Shown piece by piece: positions 18,026 through 27,804 of a DNA stretch of 64,000 bases. The stretch is from an uncultured Bacilli bacterium. Its GTDB lineage: Bacteria > Bacillota_I > Bacilli_A > RFN20 > CAG-826. Every line of letters starts with the position of its first letter. Within the stretch, counting starts at the first letter, position 1. Both the position numbers and the translations under genes were made by a program. The notes under the pieces are model-generated. The model ran no database searches and had not been told where the DNA came from. It saw only the letters and a program-made list of their open reading frames with translations. The stretch lies in NCBI GenBank assembly GCA_944375905.1, contig CALWAS010000018.1, positions 1,120 to 65,119 on the forward strand. The letters run 5' to 3'.

Positions 18026-19594
18026 TCAGGCCTCTTTCTTTCGAAGGAAGAGGGATTTGATTTCCTTATGGAATGTAAGGAAGGCCAAAAGAACGAAGAC
18101 AAAGGAAAAGAGAATGGCTTCGATCAAGAACGAAGGAATGTATCCAATGCTCGAAGTCGGTATGACGGCTTTGCTGAAAAAATAGACGGCGACCGCCGAC
18201 CCAGCAGCAAAAGCCAACAAGAGAAGGGCTTTCCAAAGGTGAGAGGGAACCGGGAGTCTTAACTTCCGCCAATAAATGAAATGGTTAACGATGCCAAACG
18301 CGATGAAGGAAGCCGATCCAAGACCGATGACCGGCCCATAGACTTTGTATTCGTCCGGGAGATAGATGACGAGGAGAGCGGCAGCAAGAGCCCCTAGAAG
18401 GGCGATTCCCAAATCGATTCCGGCGATGAGGCCGTGCTTCTTCTTGGCACGCGCAACCTCCATGGCCGCATTCCCGGTAAGCGGAATGGCAAAGCACCAA
18501 AGATAGGCGCATCCTAGGTAGAACACCGTGTCCTTGGCCCAGGAATCGAGTCCCGTATTGTTGAGCCAAGCATAGACGAATTCATGCCCGGAAGCCGTGA
18601 ATCCTCCGGCTATGAGGGCGACGACAAGAGCCGTCGCGAACGAACATTTCCGATAAAGGGCATTTGCTTCCTCACCGTTACCGGATACCACTGCTTCGTT
18701 AATCGAAGGAATGAATACGCGGGATATGGAAAGGGCGAATAGCGACTCGTAAGTGAAGAACTCGATGCCATAGGCGACCAACGTTACGTCCTCGACGGCT
18801 CCGAAGGCCCCGACGGCCCAGCGTCCGAAACCGGCATTGAGTTCGGAAACGACCATCGACATGAATACGAAGGCCGAGAAGGAGAGCACCTCTTTGAGAA
18901 GCGGCTTGGCCTCGTTTAGGCTCAGCCTTTCAAAGCCCATTTCATGGTGGAAAAGCGAGGCGATTAAGCAAACGATCCCGCTTATGAGATTGGCGATGAT
19001 CACTGCTATGGCAACGTAGATGGCATCTCCCCCGACGGTAAGGGCGACGGCCCCGATGGTCGCGGCGATTATCTTGGTCAGTATGTGCGCCCCTTGGTAG
19101 ACGACGAAGTGGGTTTTGAAGAAGAGATGCCACGAGAAAAGCGATAGGAAGAATCCGATTCCTTGCGACAATCCGAGAATGAGCACGTAATTGGTCATCA
19201 ACTCGTGCTCTGGAATGTCATATCCGGTCACGACGATGCCTGATTTGAAAAACGAATAGACGATGAGGGTGCCGATGATCTCGGCCATGGCGATGGCACC
19301 AAAAAGCCAAAGGTAGAACGTGTTGACCTTCTTGAGCCGATCTGGGCCCTCTTTCTCCGCCTTGGTGGCGAAGCGGACATAGGAGTTCTCGATTCCGAAC
19401 GAGAGAAGGGAAAGGAAAAGAACGATGCTAGCCGCGTATTGATAGATCCCGTCTTTCGTCTCGCCGACAATGCTCAAGCAGTATGGAGGATAGAGAAGGG
19501 AAACGACGAGGGAGACGAGAACGGCCAGAAACGACATGAAGACGCCGGTCCTTATCCCGGCTCCATGACGCGGCTCAATGACTTTTGATGGCAT
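18026..19594 (-). CDS. Second Wzx/MOP-family flippase
   Basis: About 14 TMs. GIYQ, LSFGI..YVRF, KEVLSFS, VFIP.I, EFVYAW patterns of polysaccharide exporters. Confidence 0.8.
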   Translation of the reverse strand: MPSKVIEPRHGAGIRTGVFMSFLAVLVSLVVSLLYPPYCLSIVGETKDGIYQYAASIVLFLSLLSFGIENSYVRFATKAEKEGPDRLKKVNTFYLWLFGAIAMAEIIGTLIVYSFFKSGIVVTGYDIPEHELMTNYVLILGLSQGIGFFLSLFSWHLFFKTHFVVYQGAHILTKIIAATIGAVALTVGGDAIYVAIAVIIANLISGIVCLIASLFHHEMGFERLSLNEAKPLLKEVLSFSAFVFMSMVVSELNAGFGRWAVGAFGAVEDVTLVAYGIEFFTYESLFALSISRVFIPSINEAVVSGNGEEANALYRKCSFATALVVALIAGGFTASGHEFVYAWLNNTGLDSWAKDTVFYLGCAYLWCFAIPLTGNAAMEVARAKKKHGLIAGIDLGIALLGALAAALLVIYLPDEYKVYGPVIGLGSASFIAFGIVNHFIYWRKLRLPVPSHLWKALLLLAFAAGSAVAVYFFSKAVIPTSSIGYIPSFLIEAILFSFVFVLLAFLTFHKEIKSLFLRKKEA

Positions 19595-19675
19595 AGCTAC
19601 CTACCTTTTACCCAAGGGTAAACCAGTCCGAAACGAACCGGGCAAGATGATATACGATTGGCAAAGAGGAAGCAC

Positions 19676-21775
19676 CTATTTCTTCGCGAGCTGCTTCTTG
19701 TTGCGAAGCACCTTCCTCTCGTACAAATCGTCCATCTTGGCTTCAGCGATTAGATTGTGGCGGTCGAACGCGTGTTCGATGGCCATGAAGTAATCGTCAA
19801 AGCCGCTATCGACCATCTTAGCCGGCCTTAGCACATAAACGAGCGACCAAAGAACGACCGCAAAAAGAGACGATGTAAGAACGAGGAACCCGTCTTCGGG
19901 AATCACGACGCTGACGCCAAAAGCGAAAACTAGCGATCCGATGACGACGAAGAGATACGGAACATAATTTCTCACAAGAGTCGTGATTGGAACATTGCTT
20001 TTGAAAAGAAATGGGATCGCGATGAAAGCAACGGCCAAGGCAAGCGAAAGAATGACGGCAATGCCCGGATCGACAAGGAAAGGAACGACATAGGCAAGCA
20101 CGAGAAGGATGGTTCCTCCTAAAAGGGCAAATAGCCGCGAGAATAAGGAGAACTTCTGATCATAAGAGCCGAATACAGCCGGAGCGAAGACGGCATAAAT
20201 AGCCATGCAGAAGACGCAAGCCATCCCCTTCGGCGTGGAAATGCCTACTAATTCGGAAGTTAGCCAAATTCCGAAGACAACGGGGAGGGCGCTGAAGAAA
20301 AGCGACCTCTTCAAGGCATAGTTGGTTCTTGGCCCATCGACGATGGCGTGGGTTTTGTAGGTCGAGTAATCGGCCATGACGGCTTCCTCGATTTCAGGAT
20401 GCTTATGCAAATGGTTGTAAGTCAGCGGGACGAGGGCGACAACGGCATAGAAGCCAAGCGTGGCCGAATCAAAGATCATGAGTCCGCCCATCTCGAAGAA
20501 GGTTCTTACCAAAACGGCGACGTAGATTCCAAGCGACACCGTCGATTCCTTGCATCCGCGGGCCATGGCCTTGAGTATCACGACAAGAACCGCAATCCAG
20601 ACGATGACATTGAGCGAAAGGCCCAAAATGCCATTCGAAAGGTAACTGTATATCCAGTCATTATCGGTCGGAAGGCCATGGAAGACGGAACCGGAATTGG
20701 CGCCGAAGAAAACCATCAGAGAAGATTTGACGCCCAGTCCGAAGAACATGCCGATTGGACCAAATCCATTAACCGTGTCGATGGCCTTAAGCGTCCACTC
20801 CCATCTCGCGCCAACCGTGTCGAAGCCAATGTTGATTATGCTGGCGAAGATGTCTTTGAAGACATTGAGAAGAGGGGCATTTCCCTTTTCGTCTGGAATT
20901 ACGAAGTAGATGACGATTCCAGCTAAAACAAGCAAAACCCCCATCAAAATTAGTAAGTTCCTAATCTTATGGGCTTTGAATGACCGGGCAAAGCACATGA
21001 TCGGCATCACTATCATCATGAACAGCACGATGATCGAATGGGTCCTGGACATAAGCGGAATCTGCATGAGGGCAAGGAAGACCACGATCAGCCACCGCCA
21101 CCACCGCGGGGTCCGCGCCAGGACGAGAAACTCCGAAAGGAAAGCGACGAAAAGGACGAACCCGAATATATTCTTGTTAGCATAAAAGCTCCCAATGTCT
21201 TGGTTCATTTTCCCTTCCGTGAAGAAGAGCTTCCACGCCTCGTTTTCCATGACCAGCGACCCGGCAATTGAAAGAATCGCAATGAAGACGATTATCCTGA
21301 GAACGTACCTTATCCACATCGTTCCGCCAATAATCCTGGGAAGAACGCTGTAAGCCAAGAAAAAGGTCAGGGCATTGAGAAAGCCAAGGATGATGAACCT
21401 CGCCTTATAAGCAATATCGAAAGTGAATACTACATTGCCGTCGTAGATAACATCATTGCAGTTCATGACAACCGCGACGGTATTGCCGGCCGCAAGCAAA
21501 AGCGCTATTAAAAGCCAGCCCCACTGAGTGGTAGTCCGATAGCCGAAATAGGCTATGGAAAGAATGGATACCCCCAATAGAAAAGCTAGTCCGGAAAGAG
21601 CAAAGAATTGAAAGTTGTCGATTTTGCCTATGAAATCGCCATTCGCCAAAAGCCCGTTTCCCTCAAGCAAGAAGAAGAAAACGATTACGTACAGCGTCCC
21701 CAGAATCCCAACCATGAACGATTGGGGCCGAGGAGGCACGATTTTTCGATGAATGATGGACGATATGGCTGCCAT
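19676..21775 (-). CDS. O-antigen-ligase/Wzy_C-like (GT-C) membrane protein with an extra C-terminal TM bundle
   Basis: GSFYANKNIFG, TM-SR, GARW, FFGLG, TDN..YSYLSNGILGL. About 6 further TMs after residue ~490. Confidence 0.65.
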   Translation of the reverse strand: MAAISSIIHRKIVPPRPQSFMVGILGTLYVIVFFFLLEGNGLLANGDFIGKIDNFQFFALSGLAFLLGVSILSIAYFGYRTTTQWGWLLIALLLAAGNTVAVVMNCNDVIYDGNVVFTFDIAYKARFIILGFLNALTFFLAYSVLPRIIGGTMWIRYVLRIIVFIAILSIAGSLVMENEAWKLFFTEGKMNQDIGSFYANKNIFGFVLFVAFLSEFLVLARTPRWWRWLIVVFLALMQIPLMSRTHSIIVLFMMIVMPIMCFARSFKAHKIRNLLILMGVLLVLAGIVIYFVIPDEKGNAPLLNVFKDIFASIINIGFDTVGARWEWTLKAIDTVNGFGPIGMFFGLGVKSSLMVFFGANSGSVFHGLPTDNDWIYSYLSNGILGLSLNVIVWIAVLVVILKAMARGCKESTVSLGIYVAVLVRTFFEMGGLMIFDSATLGFYAVVALVPLTYNHLHKHPEIEEAVMADYSTYKTHAIVDGPRTNYALKRSLFFSALPVVFGIWLTSELVGISTPKGMACVFCMAIYAVFAPAVFGSYDQKFSLFSRLFALLGGTILLVLAYVVPFLVDPGIAVILSLALAVAFIAIPFLFKSNVPITTLVRNYVPYLFVVIGSLVFAFGVSVVIPEDGFLVLTSSLFAVVLWSLVYVLRPAKMVDSGFDDYFMAIEHAFDRHNLIAEAKMDDLYERKVLRNKKQLAKK

Positions 21776-21798
21776 ACAGTGCGGCTACCTTACCATTT

Positions 21799-22728
21799 TC
21801 AGTTTGACTTTGCATCCCCTTCAAAGAAGGGGGAGACAAAATCGAGGATGTCGCGATAGACTTCTTCCTTCTTCGCCTCATTGAGAATCTCGTGGCGCAT
21901 GCCGCCATATATCTTGCACGAAACATCCCTCACCCCAAGATTTTCGTACATCCGCCGGAGCCTTATCACGCCTTTCGACATCTCGCCGACCGGATCGTCT
22001 TCGCCAGCCAGGAGAAGGAGATGCTCTTTCTTCGCGATCTTTTTCAGGTTCCCCTTTTTGTAAATTTCGCTCATGCCGCGGAGGAACTCCTTCCAAAAGC
22101 CGTTCGTGTTCACGGCCCCGCAATAGGGATCGTTCCGGTAGGAAGCGACATTTCCCTCGTCATAGGAAAGCCAGTCGAAATCGGACTTGCGGTTCTTGAT
22201 GGCTTTTGAGTATGCGCCCAAACCCATCTTTTGGACTAGATGGCTGGGCTTATCGAAGTTCTTCTCATTCGCGATGAGCGAAGAAATGGCAAAGGCCAGT
22301 TTCATTTTCATGAGACACGGCCCGTTTGAGCCAATCATCACCGCGAAGGATACCGTCGAAGGAAACAACTCGAGATAGCGCTGAACCATGAATGACCCCA
22401 TCGAGTGGCCCATGATTCCAACGGGCAGCGCGCGTTCCTTCCGGAGCTTTTCGACCATCTTGTTGGCAAAGCGCACGGTATCGTCGAAGTCCCCCTTCTT
22501 CCACACTTGAAGACGGTCGGGGGAATCGGCATTGAGACCTTGGCCCGGCGCATCGAGGACATAAAGGGAAATGCCGTTTTCGTTCAAGAAACGGGCAAAG
22601 TCCTCATAGCGGAGGGAATGCTCGTCCATCCCAGTGAGAAAAACGACATCTATCCTTGGATTTTCAACGGCAAAAGCCCTTCCTTTTAAGCATTTTCCGC
22701 GAATTCCGTCTAGAGAAAACGTTTCCAT
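21799..22728 (-). CDS. Alpha/beta hydrolase (lysophospholipase/PldB-like)
   Basis: GMDEH..RY, D.PGQG, GHSMG nucleophile elbow, GEDDPV, RHEILNE. Confidence 0.9.
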   Translation of the reverse strand: METFSLDGIRGKCLKGRAFAVENPRIDVVFLTGMDEHSLRYEDFARFLNENGISLYVLDAPGQGLNADSPDRLQVWKKGDFDDTVRFANKMVEKLRKERALPVGIMGHSMGSFMVQRYLELFPSTVSFAVMIGSNGPCLMKMKLAFAISSLIANEKNFDKPSHLVQKMGLGAYSKAIKNRKSDFDWLSYDEGNVASYRNDPYCGAVNTNGFWKEFLRGMSEIYKKGNLKKIAKKEHLLLLAGEDDPVGEMSKGVIRLRRMYENLGVRDVSCKIYGGMRHEILNEAKKEEVYRDILDFVSPFFEGDAKSN

Positions 22729-22775
22729 GTGGCAACCGTCCTTTTCTCAATTATAAGGGGAGGAAACGCAAGAAA

Positions 22776-23768
22776 CTACGAACGCTTTCTAGACAAAAGG
22801 AACGCAACAAGCAAAGAGAAGATGGAAAGAATTAGGACAACGAGGATGCCATAGGCCGACATTGGGAAAAGAACATCGAAGGCATCGCCATCGACAAACG
22901 ATCCAAGAAGATAGTTGACCCCGAGAGACGCAAGGTATCCAACAAGGAGCGAAGCAGTAGCTCCGACTGCAACATACTGAACTCCCCGTTCCTTCAAATA
23001 TGCGGCGACCAAGCTGCAATAGACATATCCATACATCGCGGCGATGAGCACGACCAGCACGACAAGGAAGGCCCCCATCCCAAAATCGGAAACGGAGAAG
23101 ACGGCGCCGGCCAAGGCCGCGCCAATTCCGGAAAGCAAGCCAAATAAAGCCAAGAGCAGATATGTAAACCACTCATTCCTGAGATGATTTCCGAGATTGA
23201 TGGGAGGGTAGACATCGCCCAGGCGTTCGTAGCGCCCGATCTCGGTTTCCCTCACATGAGGCTTGTTCCTTCTTTTGAAGACAATAGGCAATTCCCTAGA
23301 GGTAGAAAAAAGCTTCAATAGCTCTTCTTCCCTACCGCGGTTTTCCCTTTCGTCTAAATCGAAGGATAGATAAAGGCAGTTTTCTTCTTTAAGAGACTTG
23401 AGAAGACCGGATACGCGATCTTCGTTGCTCTGTTCGTCTTCGCCCTTCTTTGGAGATAGGGAAGCAATGTGCTCGACGATCTCCTTTTGTTTCTCATAAG
23501 GGGCAAGAAAAACGGCTTTGGCGAATCCGATCTTCCTTATCGAAAGAGCCAACTCAAAAAACGGTTCCTTAACATCCTTCGAAGAGAAAATCTCCTTCTC
23601 GCCATCAAGAATCTTGACCTCGCCGTCTTCATAGTACGGGGACATGAATCCGATCAAATCAAAGTCATCGGAGTTCAGAATGTTTACTCCAGGAGAAAGA
23701 GAAACGACGAGGGCGTCGCCGCCATCACGCTTGGCAATGAATCTAATGGAGCCCATCGACGAAATCAT
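22776..23768 (-). CDS. Hypothetical membrane protein (soluble N-terminus, about 4 C-terminal TMs)
   Basis: Long ORF filling the gap between genes; hydrophobic C-terminus. Confidence 0.7.
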   Translation of the reverse strand: MISSMGSIRFIAKRDGGDALVVSLSPGVNILNSDDFDLIGFMSPYYEDGEVKILDGEKEIFSSKDVKEPFFELALSIRKIGFAKAVFLAPYEKQKEIVEHIASLSPKKGEDEQSNEDRVSGLLKSLKEENCLYLSFDLDERENRGREEELLKLFSTSRELPIVFKRRNKPHVRETEIGRYERLGDVYPPINLGNHLRNEWFTYLLLALFGLLSGIGAALAGAVFSVSDFGMGAFLVVLVVLIAAMYGYVYCSLVAAYLKERGVQYVAVGATASLLVGYLASLGVNYLLGSFVDGDAFDVLFPMSAYGILVVLILSIFSLLVAFLLSRKRS

Positions 23769-23886
23769 AAACCCTGGCCAAAGATATGAATAGGGCCGAC
23801 AGACGCTGCGAACTCTGGCTCTATTTCTTTACATATTGCGACTCGGCTTTTTGACATTCGCCTCGAATTCGAAGAAGATATGTCGA

Positions 23887-24495
23887 ATGCTGGCCCCGGG
23901 GCAAAAGATATATCTTCCTATCAAGCGGCTTGTCGACATCGGCGGTTCCCTTTTCGGAATCATCGTTTTGTCCCCCATTTTGCTTTTTGCCCTCATTGCC
24001 GGTGCGATATCCTTCCATGGCCATCCGATCTTCAAGTCGATTCGGCTGGGAAAAAACGAAAAGCCGTTCGCCTTCTATAAGTTCCGCTCGATGAAAATCG
24101 GCGCCCCGATGAAAGGAGCCGAGGACTTCACCGACGAGGAAAAGAAGAAATACACGACGAAATGGGGAACCTTCATAAGGAAAACCTCGATCGACGAAAT
24201 GCTTCAGCTTTTCTCGATTCTCAAAGGCGACATGTCGTTCATCGGCCCGCGTCCGATGCTCTCGGCCGAACTCGAACCCGAGCTCTATGCTGCCCGCAAA
24301 TCGTTCAAGCCGACCGCCTTTGAGATGAGGCCGGGTTTATCGGGCTATGCCCAGATCGTCATGAAACGCGACCCCGACGTCATGGAAAAGGCCAAAAACG
24401 ATTCCTATTACGTCAAGAATTTTTCCATGTGGATGGACATCAAGCTCTTCGTCCTCTCCTTCATGGTGCTGTTCGGCTATAACGCCGGAAAATGA
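23887..24495 (+). CDS. Priming phosphoglycosyltransferase (bacterial sugar transferase)
   Basis: KRLVDI, one TM, KFRSM, RKTSIDE, GDMSFIGPRP, RPGLSGYAQ. Start uncertain (23836 or 23887). Confidence 0.92.
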   Translation: MLAPGQKIYLPIKRLVDIGGSLFGIIVLSPILLFALIAGAISFHGHPIFKSIRLGKNEKPFAFYKFRSMKIGAPMKGAEDFTDEEKKKYTTKWGTFIRKTSIDEMLQLFSILKGDMSFIGPRPMLSAELEPELYAARKSFKPTAFEMRPGLSGYAQIVMKRDPDVMEKAKNDSYYVKNFSMWMDIKLFVLSFMVLFGYNAGK

Positions 24496-24523
24496 AAAAC
24501 AGCCGGCAAAAACCGGCTGCTTT
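24496..24523. terminator. Probable bidirectional terminator
   Basis: CAGCCGG-caaaaa-CCGGCTG between convergent genes, with A and T flanks. Confidence 0.6.
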
Positions 24524-24532
24524 CCTTCGATT

Positions 24533-25549
24533 CTATTGAATCCCGTTCGGGTTTTTCCTCTGGAAATTGTAGGCGTCCCGGCAAGCGTCCTCGACCGTTA
24601 GACTCGCCTTCCAATGGAGCTCCCTTTCGGCTTTGCTGCAGTCCGCGTAGTTGCTCGCGACGTCTCCAGGGCGCCGAGGGGCGATCACATAGGGAATCTT
24701 GACGCCGGTGGCCTTTTCGAAGGCGTGGACGACCTCGAGGACCGAAGTCCCCTTCCCCGTCCCGAGATTGTAGATGTCGAGCCCGTCCAAGGTGTCGAAC
24801 CGCTTGATGGCCGCGACGTGTCCCCTCGCGAGATCCACGACATGGATGTAGTCGCGCACCCCGGTCCCGTCCGGCGTCGGGTAGTCGTTCCCATTGACGT
24901 TGAGGTGGTCGAGCTTCCCGATGGCCACTTGGGTGACATATGGCATGAGGTTATTCGGGATTCCGTTCGGGTCCTCGCCCAGAAGACCGGAAGGATGGGC
25001 CCCGATCGGATTGAAATAACGGAGGAGAATCACCTTGAGCGAAGGATCGGCCTTGGAGGCATCCTCGAGGATGCGCTCAATCATGATCTTGGTCTCGCCA
25101 TATGGATTCGTGGCCGATCCGACCGGGTCGGTCTCGACCAGCGGAAGGCGCTTGGGCACGCCGTAGACGGTAGCCGAGGAGGAAAAGACGATGCAATGGA
25201 CGCCATGCTTCTTCATGAGCTTGAGGACCGTCAAGGCCGAGCCGAGATTGTTCTCATAGTACTCGATCGGCTTCCTCGTCGACTCGGCGACCGCCTTGTA
25301 GCCGGCGAAGTGGATGACGGCCTCGATCTTTTCCTTGGAAAATACTTCCTCCATCGCCTTCTCGTCGCAGGCATCGACCTCGTAGAAAGGAGGGCGGACC
25401 CCGGTAAGCTCTTCGATGCGGTCGAGCACCGAGGCCTTGGCGTTGTATAGATTGTCGACGACGATCGGCTCGTAGCCATTGGCGATGAGCTCGATGGTGG
25501 TCTCGCTTCCGATGAAGCCGAGTCCCCCGGTGACCAAGATCCGTTTCAT
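24533..25549 (-). CDS. galE: UDP-glucose 4-epimerase
   Basis: TGGLGFIG, HFAGYKAVAES, FSSSATVYG, PYGETK, LRYFNPIGAH, PNNL, DGTGVRDYIHV. Confidence 0.97.
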   Translation of the reverse strand: MKRILVTGGLGFIGSETTIELIANGYEPIVVDNLYNAKASVLDRIEELTGVRPPFYEVDACDEKAMEEVFSKEKIEAVIHFAGYKAVAESTRKPIEYYENNLGSALTVLKLMKKHGVHCIVFSSSATVYGVPKRLPLVETDPVGSATNPYGETKIMIERILEDASKADPSLKVILLRYFNPIGAHPSGLLGEDPNGIPNNLMPYVTQVAIGKLDHLNVNGNDYPTPDGTGVRDYIHVVDLARGHVAAIKRFDTLDGLDIYNLGTGKGTSVLEVVHAFEKATGVKIPYVIAPRRPGDVASNYADCSKAERELHWKASLTVEDACRDAYNFQRKNPNGIQ

Positions 25550-26271
25550 TTTCCTTCCTCCTTTTTCTTGGCTATCTTCTCTTTCCTTTTCTTTTCGCTC
25601 GTTAGTTTCTTCGCCTCGCTTTTTTCCTTCTTTCCCTCGCTCTTACTTATCTTCCGCTCGATTTTCGGGGAAGGGGGTTCCATTTCCATGTCTTCTTTGA
25701 CGAGGGAAAGGAGCGTCGAGGCAAGAAGGCGGTTCGCGACCGCCTGGACGGAGGCTCGAAGGGCAAGGAGAGCAAGGCGGTCGCGAAGGTCCTTCCTGGC
25801 CTTTTCCGGATTGTCTTCCCTTTCCTTCTCGTAGGTTTTCTTGAAAGCGCCGGCCTGCGATTCGAGGCGATGCGAGGCATCGGAGAAAATGTCCATCGAC
25901 ATCGTCTTGAAGAAGCCATAGAGAATCGACTTGTCCTCGCTTACCTGGGCGTCCATGTCGATGAGGAGGGAGATTTCCCCCATCGATAGCGACTTCTTGA
26001 GAAGCGAGATGGCGATGAGATATCCGATTTGATCCTTCTTGTAACGCTTGCGTTCCGGCTCGGCGATGACGTTGGCCTTCACGTAGTTGTTGACCATGAA
26101 AGAGGTAAGGGCCTCGCTTCCGTCCTTGCTGAAGGGGGAAAGGACCTCGTTTACGTAATCGAGGACCTGCTCCATGTAAAGCCCGACCGAAGGCAGTTCC
26201 TTGTAGGAGGGCAGCTCAAAGGAGGACAAGGCGTGGAGATAGTCCTCGAGCTGGTCGTAGATGTCCTTCAT
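25546..26271 (-). CDS. DUF1836-family putative DNA-binding protein
   Basis: ELPSVGLYMEQV, LTSFMVNNYVK..I..P.RKRY. Lys/Glu-rich tail overlapping the galE start. Confidence 0.8.
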   Translation of the reverse strand: MKDIYDQLEDYLHALSSFELPSYKELPSVGLYMEQVLDYVNEVLSPFSKDGSEALTSFMVNNYVKANVIAEPERKRYKKDQIGYLIAISLLKKSLSMGEISLLIDMDAQVSEDKSILYGFFKTMSMDIFSDASHRLESQAGAFKKTYEKEREDNPEKARKDLRDRLALLALRASVQAVANRLLASTLLSLVKEDMEMEPPSPKIERKISKSEGKKEKSEAKKLTSEKKRKEKIAKKKEEGK

Positions 26272-26335
26272 TCCATCAAATGATAGCCCATCGACGGCTT
26301 AAAGTCCCGAAGGAGGTAGGAGGCGAGGAAGAGAG

Positions 26336-26364
26336 AAAAAAGAAGCGGCTCGCCGCCGCTTCTT
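26336..26364 (-). terminator. Intrinsic terminator after gatB
   Basis: AAGAAGCGGC/GCCGCTTCTT stem followed by a T-run on the minus strand. Confidence 0.8.
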
Positions 26365-26376
26365 CCATGACGCGCT

Positions 26377-27804
26377 TCAACGCTTGGCAAGTTCCTCCCG
26401 GAGCTTGGCCATGACCGCGGATGGCTTGGCCTTGCCCTTCGATAGTTTCATGACCTGTCCGACGAGGTAGGAGATGGCCCTCTCCTTCCCGGCCTTGTAA
26501 TCGGCAATCGACTGAGGATTGGCGTCGAGGGCCGCCGTGACGAAGGAAAGGATGGCCCCTTCGTCGTCGACCATCGCCTCGATGTGGAGTTCCTTCTTGG
26601 CCACATCGATCGAGCAATGGTCGTCGAGGCATTTGAAGAGGATGTCAGCGCATTGGCGGTGGGTGAGCTTTTCCTTTTTCCCGAGGAGGGTGATTTTCCC
26701 TAGCTCGAGCGGGTCGAAGCCGAGTTCTCCGATGGCAATGCCTTTCTTATTGAGGTAGCTATTGATCTCGGTGATGAGGAAATTGGCCGCCTCCTTGGCC
26801 TCGCATCCCGAAGGGAGGGTTCCCTCGAAATAGGCGGCCATGTCGGGACTCGAAAGAATGATCTCGGCATCCTTTTCGGCGAGCCCGAGGGCGAGATAGC
26901 GCTCGAACTTGCTATCGTAAAGCTCGGGGCAGGTCGCGATGGCATCCTCGACGAACTCGTCGCTCAGCTTCACCGGGACGATGTTCGGCTCGGGGAAGTA
27001 CTTGTAGTCCACCGCATCCGTCTTGACGCGCATGAGGACGGTCTCGCCCCGGCTTTCGTCATAGCGGCGCGTTTCCTGGCGGATCTTCTCGCCCTTGAGG
27101 AGAAGGGCGCTTTGCCTCTCCCGCTCGAACTCGATGGCTTCCTGGATATTCTTGAGGGAGTTGAGGTTCTTGATCTCGACTTTGGTCCCGAACTCCTTTT
27201 GCCCAAACGGGCGGAGGGAGATGTTGACGTCGCAGCGGAGCGACCCCTCTTCCATCTTCCCGTCGGAAGTCCCGGAATAGACGACGATGTTCCTTATCGC
27301 CTCGACGTACTTCATCGCCTCGTAGCCGTCGTGCATCTCCGGGCGGGAGACGATCTCGACGAGCGGCACGCCAGCCCGGTTATAGTCGAGGAGGGTATAG
27401 TCGACGAAGTGCGTCTGCTTGCAGGTATCCTCCTCCATGTGGATTCGCTCGATGCCGATCTTCTTCTTCGCTCCGTTCTTCCTGATCTCGAGGTAGCCGT
27501 CGGAACCGATCGGCCGGCGCTGCTGGGTGATCTGGAATCCCTTCGGAAGGTCGGGGTAGAAGTAGTTCTTCCGGTCGAAATGGAGTTCGTGGTCGATTTT
27601 CATGTGGAGGGCATTCGCGACCCTGATCGCCATCCTGACCGCCTCTTTGTTGAGGCGCGGCATCGTGCCGGGGAAGGCCATGTCGAAGACGGTGACCTCG
27701 CTATTGGGCTTCCGGGAAAAGGAATTGGGCGAAGCGGAGAACATCTTGCTCCGCGTCTTCATCTCGACGTGGATCTCGAGACCGATGACTGCTTCGAAAT
27801 TCAT
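26377..27804 (-). CDS. gatB: Asp/Glu-tRNA amidotransferase subunit B
   Basis: VIGLEIH, FDRKNYFYPDLPKGFQITQ, NRAGVPLVEIV, GSLRCDVNIS, DYKYFPEP. Confidence 0.98.
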   Translation of the reverse strand: MNFEAVIGLEIHVEMKTRSKMFSASPNSFSRKPNSEVTVFDMAFPGTMPRLNKEAVRMAIRVANALHMKIDHELHFDRKNYFYPDLPKGFQITQQRRPIGSDGYLEIRKNGAKKKIGIERIHMEEDTCKQTHFVDYTLLDYNRAGVPLVEIVSRPEMHDGYEAMKYVEAIRNIVVYSGTSDGKMEEGSLRCDVNISLRPFGQKEFGTKVEIKNLNSLKNIQEAIEFERERQSALLLKGEKIRQETRRYDESRGETVLMRVKTDAVDYKYFPEPNIVPVKLSDEFVEDAIATCPELYDSKFERYLALGLAEKDAEIILSSPDMAAYFEGTLPSGCEAKEAANFLITEINSYLNKKGIAIGELGFDPLELGKITLLGKKEKLTHRQCADILFKCLDDHCSIDVAKKELHIEAMVDDEGAILSFVTAALDANPQSIADYKAGKERAISYLVGQVMKLSKGKAKPSAVMAKLREELAKR

